This document shows, in pieces, positions 49,716 to 58,898 of a DNA stretch of 64,000 bases. The DNA lies in the IMG/VR virus record IMGVR_UViG_3300009161_003648, positions 21,708 through 85,707 of that record. The stretch is one strand, 5' to 3'. The position numbers and the translations under genes are program-made. Under the pieces are notes generated by a model, which was given only the letters and a program-made list of their open reading frames with translations, was not told where the DNA came from and ran no database searches. The stretch is from a virus. Lineage: Duplodnaviria; Caudoviricetes. Position 1 is the first letter of the stretch; every line of letters begins with the position of its first letter.

Positions 49716-50681
49716 ATGGGTGCTGAAAATAAATATATCACCAATAAACTTAGCACATCTAAAGAAGTAGATAAGGTAAAAACGGTACAACTAGGTCTTG
49801 TTGTAAGTGTTGATGACCCTTATGGTTTAGGTAGAATTAAAGTTAGAATTCCAGGTAATGCAAACGTTGGTGGTGACTCAGATGCTACCGTAGATGAATT
49901 ACCATGGTCATATCCAATGGTTTCTAAATTTTTTACTGGTCAACCAAAAGTAAATGAAGGTGTTTTTATATTGACTTTTACTAATCAAAAATCACATAGT
50001 GATAGATTATATTTTGGTCCTATAATATCACAATTAGATAAATTAAATTTTGACGCTTTAAATGTAAGTGCGCTAAATGCCTTTACATTTGCGAATGTAA
50101 ATCCAAGTGTTGATATGAATAGAATCCCAGCATTAAATGGGGTTTTTCCAAAACTAGATGACATAGCGATACAAGGTAGAGATAATACAGATATAATATT
50201 AAGAAAGAACGAAATATTAATAAGAGCTGGTAAATTTGTTGAATCAAAACCTAATGAAAATAACCCATATAAATTTCAATTCAATAACACAACACAGGGA
50301 TTCATACAAATTAAAAACAATGTTAATCTAGTTAGAGATGGCCAAGATTTGGGTAGCGTAACCAATATTGTTGGTAATAAAATTAACTTAATAACACATA
50401 AAGATGGTGCGCCTAGATTTAATGTAATGAATCAAGAAACACAAATTAGTGATGAAGAAATTCTAAATATTCTTGAACAAGCACATCCGTTACCTTTTGG
50501 TGACTTACTTGTTCAATATTTAATACTTCTAAAAAATGCCTTCTTAAACCACGTACACAATTATAATGGTATTCCACCAACCGATTTAACAGTTGGAACA
50601 ACACTTCCAGTTAAAGAATTTAACGATAAAGCTGAAGACTTAGAAAACAGAATGTTATCCAAAAACATCCGTATAAATTAA
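49716..50681 (+). CDS. Baseplate hub/spike protein, gp5/VgrG OB-fold-like
   Basis: GLVVSVDDPYGLGRIKVRIPG...ELPWSYP...P.VNEGV; C-terminal NHVHNY. Confidence 0.75.
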   Translation: MGAENKYITNKLSTSKEVDKVKTVQLGLVVSVDDPYGLGRIKVRIPGNANVGGDSDATVDELPWSYPMVSKFFTGQPKVNEGVFILTFTNQKSHSDRLYFGPIISQLDKLNFDALNVSALNAFTFANVNPSVDMNRIPALNGVFPKLDDIAIQGRDNTDIILRKNEILIRAGKFVESKPNENNPYKFQFNNTTQGFIQIKNNVNLVRDGQDLGSVTNIVGNKINLITHKDGAPRFNVMNQETQISDEEILNILEQAHPLPFGDLLVQYLILLKNAFLNHVHNYNGIPPTDLTVGTTLPVKEFNDKAEDLENRMLSKNIRIN

Positions 50682-50710
50682 TATTACCAGATATTTATTA
50701 ATAAAAAGAA

Positions 50711-52117
50711 ATGGTAATTAGAACATTTTTCGACAAAAATAATACCATAGTTAGAAATGAAGTTGTTAATACAGCCAGAAATCCTGTAACTGAGTTGTTT
50801 TACGGTGGACCTTCTGGTGAAAACAAATATAGCCGTTATTTATTTCATTTTGATGAAACTAGATTGGTCAACATGTATGATAATGGTACATTTACTGATT
50901 TAACCAAACTAAAACACACATTAAAACTAACTAATACAGCATCATTTGATGAAGGCCTTTTAAACGGCTCATACCAATCAAAAGATAGGGCATGTTCATT
51001 TGATTTAATTGTTTTTAGAGTTAATCAAGAATGGGATGAAGGTGTTGGTTATGATTATCTATCTTGTAATCTATTAACTGGCGATTGTGCAATATCAACA
51101 AAACCATCAACTTGGGTTAATCCACAAACTGGTATCTTCTGGACTGGCGGCTCTGGCGTTTACTCAGGTACACCTAGCGGTATAACAATAGCAACTCAGC
51201 ATTTTGATTTGGGTAATGAAAACATGGAAGTAGATATTACGAATTATGTTAATGGTGTTATAACTGGTAATACAAATAATGGATTGGGTATAGCGTATGC
51301 ACTACCATATGAATTAACAAGTACACAAAATCTACAATACGTTGGGTTTTTTACCAAATATACCCAAACATTTTACGAACCATATATTGAAACGGTATAT
51401 AGCAATCACATAACTGACGATAGAAACAATTTCTTCCTAGATAAACCAAATAAACTTTATCTATATGTTAATTTAGCTGGAAACCCAACAAATTTGGATA
51501 CATTACCAGCCGTAACAATATTTGACGAAAACGGTTCAATATATAGTGTTTATAATTCATCTGAAGTTGAACATGTAACTAAAGGCGTTTATTCAATAGA
51601 CATAAATATTCCAACAGGTGATGGCGAAATAGGTACTCTATTCAATGATGTTTGGGAAGACTTAGTGATTAATGGTATTTCTAGACCAGACGCTAGTCTT
51701 TATTTCGAATTAAAAGATAGCTTTGGTTACTATAACCTCGGGGATAGCGATTCATTACCACAAAAAGTTGCTGTATCGATATCTGGCGTTAGAAACCAAG
51801 AAAAAATAAAAAGGGGTGACATTAGAAAAGTGATTGTATCTACCAGAATACCATATACAGTAGAACAAACACAAAACATATCAAATATACAATATAGATT
51901 ATATGTAACTGAAGGTAAAAATGAACTAACTGTAGTTGATTTTCAACCTGTTGAACTAGCATCTAATTATAATTATTTTTTATTAGACACCCTAAGTCTA
52001 ATTCCAAATGTATATTATTTAGACATACTAGTTGAATCTAATTTAGAAGTAACAACGTTAAAAAATATTTTAAATTTTACTGTTGTTAGCGAATCAAACC
52101 TAAGACAATCACAATAA
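50711..52117 (+). CDS. Hypothetical virion structural protein
   Basis: 468 aa beta-rich, preceded by ATATTTAT. Confidence 0.5.
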   Translation: MVIRTFFDKNNTIVRNEVVNTARNPVTELFYGGPSGENKYSRYLFHFDETRLVNMYDNGTFTDLTKLKHTLKLTNTASFDEGLLNGSYQSKDRACSFDLIVFRVNQEWDEGVGYDYLSCNLLTGDCAISTKPSTWVNPQTGIFWTGGSGVYSGTPSGITIATQHFDLGNENMEVDITNYVNGVITGNTNNGLGIAYALPYELTSTQNLQYVGFFTKYTQTFYEPYIETVYSNHITDDRNNFFLDKPNKLYLYVNLAGNPTNLDTLPAVTIFDENGSIYSVYNSSEVEHVTKGVYSIDINIPTGDGEIGTLFNDVWEDLVINGISRPDASLYFELKDSFGYYNLGDSDSLPQKVAVSISGVRNQEKIKRGDIRKVIVSTRIPYTVEQTQNISNIQYRLYVTEGKNELTVVDFQPVELASNYNYFLLDTLSLIPNVYYLDILVESNLEVTTLKNILNFTVVSESNLRQSQ

Positions 52118-52449
52118 TGAAACAATTTATAAAAGAAAACCTAAGACTTAATACCGTTATAACTGAAGAAGTTATTGATGGGCAAGAAATGAATGCTGGA
52201 ACACAATCTTTATGTAATACAATGAGTGTAAAGAGCTATCATGAAGTTTTGGGTAGAATCATTGCAGCTATTGGACACCCAGAAGAAAACCATGAATTAT
52301 GGGCTAAGATAAAAAAACCCCTAGATATGCTTGAAAAAGCTAGTAAAAATTTAAATAAAGAAAAAAAAGAAATTGGTATGACAGGTGATTCAGAAGTAGA
52401 CGAAGCAAATACTTGGTGGGCTGCAATACAATCAACAATTTGTAAATAA
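52117..52449 (+). CDS. Small putative internal head protein
   Basis: N-terminal MKQFIKENLRLNTVITEE leader. Confidence 0.4.
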   Translation: MKQFIKENLRLNTVITEEVIDGQEMNAGTQSLCNTMSVKSYHEVLGRIIAAIGHPEENHELWAKIKKPLDMLEKASKNLNKEKKEIGMTGDSEVDEANTWWAAIQSTICK

Positions 52450-52454
52450 ATTAT

Positions 52455-52838
52455 ATGAAAAAATTTTTAAGCATATTATTATCCGATAGTAACAAATACT
52501 CAACAAAGAGATTTATTGGTTTATTATGCCTACTTATGTTTATTGCTTATGGTATAGTTGGATTATGTAGACCATTTAATGTTAATTTCTGGATTTTTTA
52601 TGTTTCACTTTGTAACATTACTATGTGGATAGCATTTAGATTTATGTCAGCTGATAAATTATTAAAATACGATGTAATTAGTAAATTAACTAAGTTTGCA
52701 CCCCTACAACAAGCCGTCGATGGTTTCATACAAACAGAAACAATGCTAGATGGTCAAATACAGCCAATCCCAGACCCATTATCTGAGGAAATAACAGAAC
52801 AATTACCAGAAGACGCAGAGGCTGAAAAAAAGCCTTAA
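52455..52838 (+). CDS. Membrane protein, possible holin
   Basis: Two hydrophobic segments after an SxKR motif; acidic C-terminal tail. Confidence 0.4.
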   Translation: MKKFLSILLSDSNKYSTKRFIGLLCLLMFIAYGIVGLCRPFNVNFWIFYVSLCNITMWIAFRFMSADKLLKYDVISKLTKFAPLQQAVDGFIQTETMLDGQIQPIPDPLSEEITEQLPEDAEAEKKP

Positions 52839-52855
52839 AACAGCTAATAATTAAC

Positions 52856-52886
52856 TTGACATTTTTTTCTTTTTTATTATATTTAT
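52856..52886 (+). promoter_or_regulatory. Overlapping sigma70-like and ATATTTAT candidate promoters
   Basis: TTGACA (52856-52861)-N16-TATATT; ATATTTAT at 52879-52886. Confidence 0.6.
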
Positions 52887-52902
52887 TTATACGTTAACTC
52901 AC

Positions 52903-52961
52903 GTATTAGTATCGAGCTGAAATAAGCTTTAGAGTTGTCTAGGCAACAAAGATATTAGTAC
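52903..52961 (+). ncRNA. Candidate three-way-junction structured RNA in a 5' leader
   Basis: P1 GTATTAGTATC/GATATTAGTAC (11 bp, 2 G-U), P2 GAGCT-GAAATA-AGCTT, P3 GTTGT-CTAG-GCAAC; folded by eye only. Confidence 0.45.
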
Positions 52962-52989
52962 ATAATAACAAAAATTAAAAGTTAAAAAA

Positions 52990-53772
52990 ATGAAAGTATT
53001 AATCAACACGGGTACCGCTGTACCCCAAGCACAGATTTGTATAAACAAATCTAGACTTAAAGTCTACAACAAAGAAACCTCACCAACTTATTATTTAGAA
53101 AAAGGCCAAGAGTTTCAAATCGAATTATTTAATCCAACAAAAAACACAGTTCTAGCCAAGATTCAATTAAATGGAAATGTTATATCACAAGGTGGTTTAG
53201 TGTTAAAACCTGGCCAACGTGTGTTTCTAGAACGCTATTTAGATGTCGCTAAAAAATTCATGTTTGATACATACGAAGTATCAAATACTGAAGAAGTTAA
53301 AAAAGCAATCGAAGACAACGGTGATTTTAAAGTTGAATTTTATAGGGAATCAACATCTTTTTTTGGTTTAGGGATAAACACAACCTACATAACCCAACCA
53401 TCAACACTAACAATTCACGGTACACCAAATTATAATTCGTATGTTAATTTACCAATTGCTGGTTCATTAACTACAAGCAATAGCGCTACATATAGTTTGA
53501 GTAACAGCGCAGTATTATATAATACAAACAATGTTTCTAAAAGCATTGAAACTGGCCGAGTTGAAGCTGGAAGCGACTCAAACCAAACATTTCAAACAGT
53601 TAATAAATCATTTGATTATTATGCTTTCCATACCGTAGAATGTAAACTTTTACCAGTATCACAAAAAATAAACACCACAGAAGATATCAATGTAAAAAGA
53701 TATTGTACAAATTGTGGAACAAAACAAAAACCAGAATTTAAATTCTGCCCTAGCTGCGGAAAAAAATGCTAA
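52990..53772 (+). CDS. Hypothetical protein with C-terminal zinc ribbon
   Basis: C-terminal YCTNCG...FKFCPSCG (two CxxC pairs). Confidence 0.65.
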   Translation: MKVLINTGTAVPQAQICINKSRLKVYNKETSPTYYLEKGQEFQIELFNPTKNTVLAKIQLNGNVISQGGLVLKPGQRVFLERYLDVAKKFMFDTYEVSNTEEVKKAIEDNGDFKVEFYRESTSFFGLGINTTYITQPSTLTIHGTPNYNSYVNLPIAGSLTTSNSATYSLSNSAVLYNTNNVSKSIETGRVEAGSDSNQTFQTVNKSFDYYAFHTVECKLLPVSQKINTTEDINVKRYCTNCGTKQKPEFKFCPSCGKKC

Positions 53773-53795
53773 AATAATAACTAGAGTTAACGTAT

Positions 53796-53824
53796 AAAAA
53801 ATGGGGCTTATTGGCCCCATTTTT
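53796..53824. terminator. Bidirectional rho-independent terminator
   Basis: AAAAAATGGGGC-TTATTG-GCCCCATTTTT between convergent genes. Confidence 0.85.
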
Positions 53825-53825
53825 A

Positions 53826-54590
53826 TTAATTTTTCATATTTTTACCTAGTAGACCTTCTCTGTACATTCTAAGCTTTAATTCTTTACGCCATTTAGCTTT
53901 TGTTTCACCAGTAAATTTATTATTAACACTCATTAACGATGGTGACAAATCTAACATGTCTTGAAATGTCATTTCATTCCACTTATCTTTATATTTGTTA
54001 TATACTTGTTTTACATTATGAATTTGAGCTTGAATTTCCATTTTTGTTGCGTCCACTGGTATACCACCTAAACTAGTTGTATTACGCTCCCTTGCCTTAT
54101 CAACTCTAGCTTCAATATGTTTATTATTTAATGTGTCATCAATCCAATGTGCTAACTCATGGTGAATACTACCTTTAATTCTAGCTTCAGTAAATTCTTT
54201 AATCATAGTTTTTTGTTGCCTCTCATCATTTAAATGCTTCAATGCTGTTTCTATATTACCATTGGCATTATTTATAACAAAATCATAAGCATTTTTAGAA
54301 TAACCAATACCAATTATTTTATTTTTTGGGTTATAGAAATTAAGACCTGGGTTTATTTTTATAACGCATGGGTTTAATTCATGACATTTAATTGAATCTG
54401 GGGATGTTAAAATTGATGTGTCAATTTCAAGTTTTGGGAACATAGCAGTTGTTACAAACCCAGTTCTTTCAATAGCGTCAACATCATCTTTAAAATATCT
54501 ATCATACAACAAATCAACATCTGTATCAACATCTGTTAATTTTTCAGATAAAATACCTTCACGCAATAATTTTCTAATCAGTAATTTCAT
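53826..54590 (-). CDS. Putative zinc metallopeptidase with head-targeting-like N-terminus
   Basis: IHHELAHW (HExxH) plus downstream MEIQAQ (third ligand); N-terminus MKLLIRKLLREGILSE. Confidence 0.65.
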   Translation of the reverse strand: MKLLIRKLLREGILSEKLTDVDTDVDLLYDRYFKDDVDAIERTGFVTTAMFPKLEIDTSILTSPDSIKCHELNPCVIKINPGLNFYNPKNKIIGIGYSKNAYDFVINNANGNIETALKHLNDERQQKTMIKEFTEARIKGSIHHELAHWIDDTLNNKHIEARVDKARERNTTSLGGIPVDATKMEIQAQIHNVKQVYNKYKDKWNEMTFQDMLDLSPSLMSVNNKFTGETKAKWRKELKLRMYREGLLGKNMKN

Positions 54591-54611
54591 ATTAATAAAT
54601 ATCTAATTACA

Positions 54612-54642
54612 ACAAAAAACCCCAGCTAAAAAGCTAGGGTTT
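54612..54642 (-). terminator. Terminator downstream of the major capsid gene
   Basis: Minus strand AAACCCTAGCT-TTTT-AGCTGGGGTTTTTTGTT. Confidence 0.8.
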
Positions 54643-54663
54643 AATGTTTTATATAAGATTAGA

Positions 54664-56532
54664 TTATCTTAATTCTGCTACGTTAAATGTAGGAATACCA
54701 TCAACTCTTACGTGACCGTAGAATCTGTTATTCACTGACTTCTTAGCGTAACGAGTCATGATACCTTTAACTGGAGCAAAGTTAAATGGATTGTACATGG
54801 TTGGAGTTAACTGCAACGGCACGTATGGTGCGTAGATGTAACCTGTATCCAACAATGATTTACCTTTATGTCCAATAACTACAGAGTATGATGGAGAATA
54901 CGGGTCACGATAAACTTGATATCTACCGCCTAATGTACCGATTCTTTCAATACCCATGTTATATTGGTCTTGCTCAGGATTAGCATCACTTACGTGGAAA
55001 TATTCTAAATCATCGAATACTGCAGATACTTCTGAAGATACAACGATAAAGTTAGCACCACCACGAAGAGTTGACTTGTGGATTTGAGCAGAAATTTGGT
55101 TAACTTTAGTAATTAAAGTTTGGTTCCAATCTTTCTGTGTGTAAGGACTAGCAGCGTTAGCAGAAGCTTTTCTCCAACCGTTATAATCCCAACGTAATTG
55201 CCATGCAGCAACTTTACGCAAATCTCTCAAGATTTCTCTATCGATTTCCGCAGCAACTTGCTCAGATAACATTGCTGTTAATTCAGCTTCAGCATCGATG
55301 TTGTGGAATGCACTAACGTCTTGCGCCAATTCTGGAGACCAAGTAGCTCTTAATTTTCTTTCTTCTACAGAAACTACAACGTCAGTTAAAGTGAAAGAAA
55401 CTTCACCCATTTCAGTTTCAAGTTCCAATGTAGAGTATTCAGCCCATGCAGCAGTAAATGCAGAGAATGATGCTAATGTAGTTGCAGACGCACCGATGTA
55501 ACCATCAAATGTAGCCGTACCAGCAAAAGCAGAACCAGATGCAGTTGTACCAATTGGGTGAGTTAAATCAAGACCCAAGAAGATATAACCAACGTTATTA
55601 GTTAAATCAGTTGTAGTATTATATTGTACGATACCTTGACCATATACCTGTGTAATAACACGGAAAGGAATAGCTCTATTAGCAGCAACAATAACGTTAC
55701 CTGCGCTATCTAAGATATTATTAGGTGTAGTAACTTGCAAAGACGCTAAGAAAGATTCTGTATCCATTGGGTTACCATCAGGACCAGTTAAAATAGCTTT
55801 GTTAGAATTACCACCTGTGAAACCAGATACAGCAACAACTAATTGTCTTAATGAACCGTCAGCAGCAACTGGACCTACAGTAGATGCAGTACTAGTAGCC
55901 ACACGTGTGTATGAACCATCACCATTACCAGAAAAAACTGGAACGTTAGGCATAGTACGAATAGTTAATGTACCTTTTGAGTTATCAAACAAACCATCAT
56001 CATAGAATAAATCATAAAGATTTTTAGCTAAGAATGGAGTTACAGCGCAAGTACCAGCAGCTGGTAATACGCAACTAGGAATACCAGAAGATGCAAAGCT
56101 AGTTTGAGCTGAGTAAATTGGTGGATTTAAATACACATCAGAACCAGGTTGGTTAGCTGTATAGTTATTACCAGGATTTCCAGCAGCATCTACACGGCTA
56201 GATGTTTGAGGTACAAAATAGAACAATTTACCAATTGGCATGTTCATAGCTTGTACAGACACGATGTCGTTAGCTAATAATTTAGAGAATACTCTTCTCA
56301 CGATAGGGAATACAACAGTTTCGAATGAACCTGAAGAGTATGAAGTTGTTGATTCAGTTAATAATGAAGAAGCTTGGTTCTCATATAATTGAGCGATGTT
56401 TTCTTTTACGTGTCCTTTAAGACCTTCAAGAAAACCTAAGCTTTCCCATTTTGCTTGGGTTTCTTTACGGATAGCCTTCATGTGGTTTAATCCGATGTTC
56501 CCAACTTGTCCAGATGTTAATAAATGTGACAT
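54664..56532 (-). CDS. gp23: Major capsid protein, T4 gp23-like
   Basis: FPIVRRVF..L.A.DIVSVQAM..P, RKLRATWSPELAQD..AFH.IDAE.EL..MLSEQVAAEIDREI, YAPYVPL, P..GIMTRY. Confidence 0.95.
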   Translation of the reverse strand: MSHLLTSGQVGNIGLNHMKAIRKETQAKWESLGFLEGLKGHVKENIAQLYENQASSLLTESTTSYSSGSFETVVFPIVRRVFSKLLANDIVSVQAMNMPIGKLFYFVPQTSSRVDAAGNPGNNYTANQPGSDVYLNPPIYSAQTSFASSGIPSCVLPAAGTCAVTPFLAKNLYDLFYDDGLFDNSKGTLTIRTMPNVPVFSGNGDGSYTRVATSTASTVGPVAADGSLRQLVVAVSGFTGGNSNKAILTGPDGNPMDTESFLASLQVTTPNNILDSAGNVIVAANRAIPFRVITQVYGQGIVQYNTTTDLTNNVGYIFLGLDLTHPIGTTASGSAFAGTATFDGYIGASATTLASFSAFTAAWAEYSTLELETEMGEVSFTLTDVVVSVEERKLRATWSPELAQDVSAFHNIDAEAELTAMLSEQVAAEIDREILRDLRKVAAWQLRWDYNGWRKASANAASPYTQKDWNQTLITKVNQISAQIHKSTLRGGANFIVVSSEVSAVFDDLEYFHVSDANPEQDQYNMGIERIGTLGGRYQVYRDPYSPSYSVVIGHKGKSLLDTGYIYAPYVPLQLTPTMYNPFNFAPVKGIMTRYAKKSVNNRFYGHVRVDGIPTFNVAELR

Positions 56533-56554
56533 AATTTTTTTAGGTTTTTATTTT

Positions 56555-57856
56555 TTAATATTTATCTTTATTTTCAACTCTATTAATCAAATCTTTAATT
56601 CTTTGAGTTGAAGGGTCAACATACGCAGTAGCTTCGTTTAATTGTTTTGAGCTACTTGTTGCAACCTCTTTGATTATTTTACTACCGATTGATTCGTTAA
56701 CTGGCTTTCTGCTAGATAATTCGTTAATGATAGTTTTGTATAACTTTTTAGATTCTTTAAGGTTAGTTACTTCCTCATCAAATCTTTGAATTATTTTTTT
56801 CTTTTCTTCTTTAGTAGTAGAATGTTCCATGAATAACTTAGTTACGTAACTTAAATTTGAATTGAAAACTACAGTTTCTACTAACATGCCTCTGAATTTC
56901 TTAAGAGCTTTTCTAAAGTCTTCATTTTCGGCTTTTAATTGTGTTGCTTCGTTTAACAATTTCTTGTACTTAACCTCAGCTTCGATGATAACATTTTTAG
57001 AAGATACAGATTCAGATTGAACACCTTGAAATTTAGCACCTTGTTTAGCGCCAGGACCTTTAATTTTAGTTAAATTACCACCAGCTAAATTTTGTTGAAC
57101 TCTATTTTTAGCTTCGAATTCTTCTAGGTTAGCACTTTCTTCAGCATCTTCGTCTTCTTCTTTCACGATTTCTTCATCATCTTCTTCTTTTTCTTCATCT
57201 TCCATCACTGTTGAATCTTTATCCATAGCTATTTCATAAGTTAATCCTTCTTCTTCATAGCCTTCTTCCATACTATCCCATCCTTCTTCCATATACTCTT
57301 CATTTGTTTCATCCATAGATTCGTACATAGATTCGTCCATTCCAAGTGCACCTTTTTTAACGATGTACTCTCCTGGTTCTGAGATATTAAGGTGGATTTC
57401 ATCACCAACAATTTCGATTTCATCATCACCACTCAATTTCTTGTAAATAGCGATAACGTCATCATCCGATGCGTCAGTCATATCCAAATCATCTCCTGCT
57501 AGTGCGTCATCTGCACCCATTCCCATTTCTTGGTCGTCTTCTGGACCAACTTCTGGAGATTCTTCGTCTTCTTCATCAGATTCGTCGCCTCCGATTTCAA
57601 TATCAGTCTCATCACCTTCGATATCCCCTTCCTCACCTTCAGGTGATTCAGTTTCATCTCCAGATTCAGGACCTTCAATTTCATCTTCAACGGCTTCTTC
57701 TTCGTAACCACCTTCTTCAAGTGATTCTTTCACCAGACCATCAATTTCTTCTCTCGCAACGGAGCGAAGTATTTCTTTGGTATTGGCATTTAAAGCTTCT
57801 TGGATAACTTTGATATCCAAAAGAGCTCCTTCATAAATTGATTTTTTTTCAGCCAT
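56555..57856 (-). CDS. Prohead scaffolding/core protein
   Basis: Highly acidic N-terminal two-thirds plus a C-terminal coiled coil; lies between protease and MCP. Confidence 0.8.
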   Translation of the reverse strand: MAEKKSIYEGALLDIKVIQEALNANTKEILRSVAREEIDGLVKESLEEGGYEEEAVEDEIEGPESGDETESPEGEEGDIEGDETDIEIGGDESDEEDEESPEVGPEDDQEMGMGADDALAGDDLDMTDASDDDVIAIYKKLSGDDEIEIVGDEIHLNISEPGEYIVKKGALGMDESMYESMDETNEEYMEEGWDSMEEGYEEEGLTYEIAMDKDSTVMEDEEKEEDDEEIVKEEDEDAEESANLEEFEAKNRVQQNLAGGNLTKIKGPGAKQGAKFQGVQSESVSSKNVIIEAEVKYKKLLNEATQLKAENEDFRKALKKFRGMLVETVVFNSNLSYVTKLFMEHSTTKEEKKKIIQRFDEEVTNLKESKKLYKTIINELSSRKPVNESIGSKIIKEVATSSSKQLNEATAYVDPSTQRIKDLINRVENKDKY

Positions 57857-57924
57857 TTGTATTTTTTTTTGTTATTTTAAATTATTATTAAAGAATAATA
57901 TAGTGAGTACAACCCACTTACATA

Positions 57925-57944
57925 ATAAATATGTACATATTTAT
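57925..57944. promoter_or_regulatory. Perfect 20-bp palindrome made of two ATATTTAT motifs
   Basis: ATAAATATGTACATATTTAT upstream of the scaffold/MCP operon. Confidence 0.6.
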
Positions 57945-57980
57945 AAAAATTCAATTTTAACTAAAAATTTTAGGATTATT

Positions 57981-58670
57981 TTAATCGATTAAGAATTTAT
58001 CTAAGCCCTCATTAAGATTTGGCTTTTTAATAATTCTGTTCTCAACATATGGTTTTGCTTCTTCTTTGTTTTTAAACATCCAAGAACCTGGAGTACTAGG
58101 TGCGGTAACAACGTCCCAACATATTAATTCAAAGTCGTCTTGAACAATAAAATCACCCTTGATTTCTTTTAAAGAACCAACACCCCTAGACGATACACCA
58201 ATCATGATATTGTTTCTTAATAAATTTGCAACTTCATCACCCTTTGTTGATACGATACCGTAGTTTATATAACCCTTGGTCATTAAGATTTCCATCTTAC
58301 CCATCAAGGTTTTTCCTTCCCACCATGTTTGTATAATATTATGAGATACTCTATCACCAGCAATAACACTAGATTCAGGATGGTCTAATTCACCAATCGC
58401 TCTTCTTTCTCTAATTGCTTGTTGATAAATTTCGTTTTGTGTTTTAAGTATTTCTTCAGGATATATTCTTCCGTTTCTATTTTTTACACCGTACTTTTGA
58501 AGTACAACATAAACAACTAGGCTATCTGGACTATCTTGACCTAAATCTAGTTTTTTAAACTCCCTAATTAAGGATTGATTTTTAGGGTCGCTAGGGGATA
58601 TAAATCCAGCATCATGCTCAATTAAATAACCAAATCCAGCTTGCCCAGCTTTTACTAATGTTAAATCCAT
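57981..58670 (-). CDS. gp21: Prohead protease, T4 gp21-like
   Basis: KNRNGRIYP, AIGELDHP, RVSH, GKMEIL, IGVSSRGVGS, WDVVTAPSTPGS. Confidence 0.95.
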   Translation of the reverse strand: MDLTLVKAGQAGFGYLIEHDAGFISPSDPKNQSLIREFKKLDLGQDSPDSLVVYVVLQKYGVKNRNGRIYPEEILKTQNEIYQQAIRERRAIGELDHPESSVIAGDRVSHNIIQTWWEGKTLMGKMEILMTKGYINYGIVSTKGDEVANLLRNNIMIGVSSRGVGSLKEIKGDFIVQDDFELICWDVVTAPSTPGSWMFKNKEEAKPYVENRIIKKPNLNEGLDKFLID

Positions 58671-58706
58671 ATCTATCGTTTATTACAATAAATATGTTAG
58701 AACAAT

Positions 58707-58735
58707 AAAAAAACCCCGAACTATCTCGGGGTTTT
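58707..58735. terminator. Rho-independent terminator (probably bidirectional)
   Basis: AAAAAAACCCCGA-ACTATC-TCGGGGTTTT. Confidence 0.85.
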
Positions 58736-58738
58736 AAT

Positions 58739-58897
58739 TTATCTTTTATTTTTATCGTTTTTATGGAAAGAATCAATCAACTCATTAATTGATATTAACT
58801 TATCTTCTGTACTAAGTAACGAATTCTGTAATATTTCACTTATTGGTAAAATGTAATTATAATACATTTCAGTTCTTGTATACGTAAAATAGTTCAT
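58739..58897 (-). CDS. Small hypothetical protein (likely start 58897)
   Basis: MNYFTYTRTEMYYNY..., 52 aa, starting right after the stop of the upstream gene. Confidence 0.4.
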   Translation of the reverse strand: MNYFTYTRTEMYYNYILPISEILQNSLLSTEDKLISINELIDSFHKNDKNKR

Positions 58898-58898
58898 A

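Noticed and set aside
52903-52961. tRNA or hammerhead ribozyme
   Set aside because: No cloverleaf, T-loop or CCA; junctions (UAGA, AAA) lack the CUGAnGA/GAAA hammerhead core. Kept only as an unclassified structure
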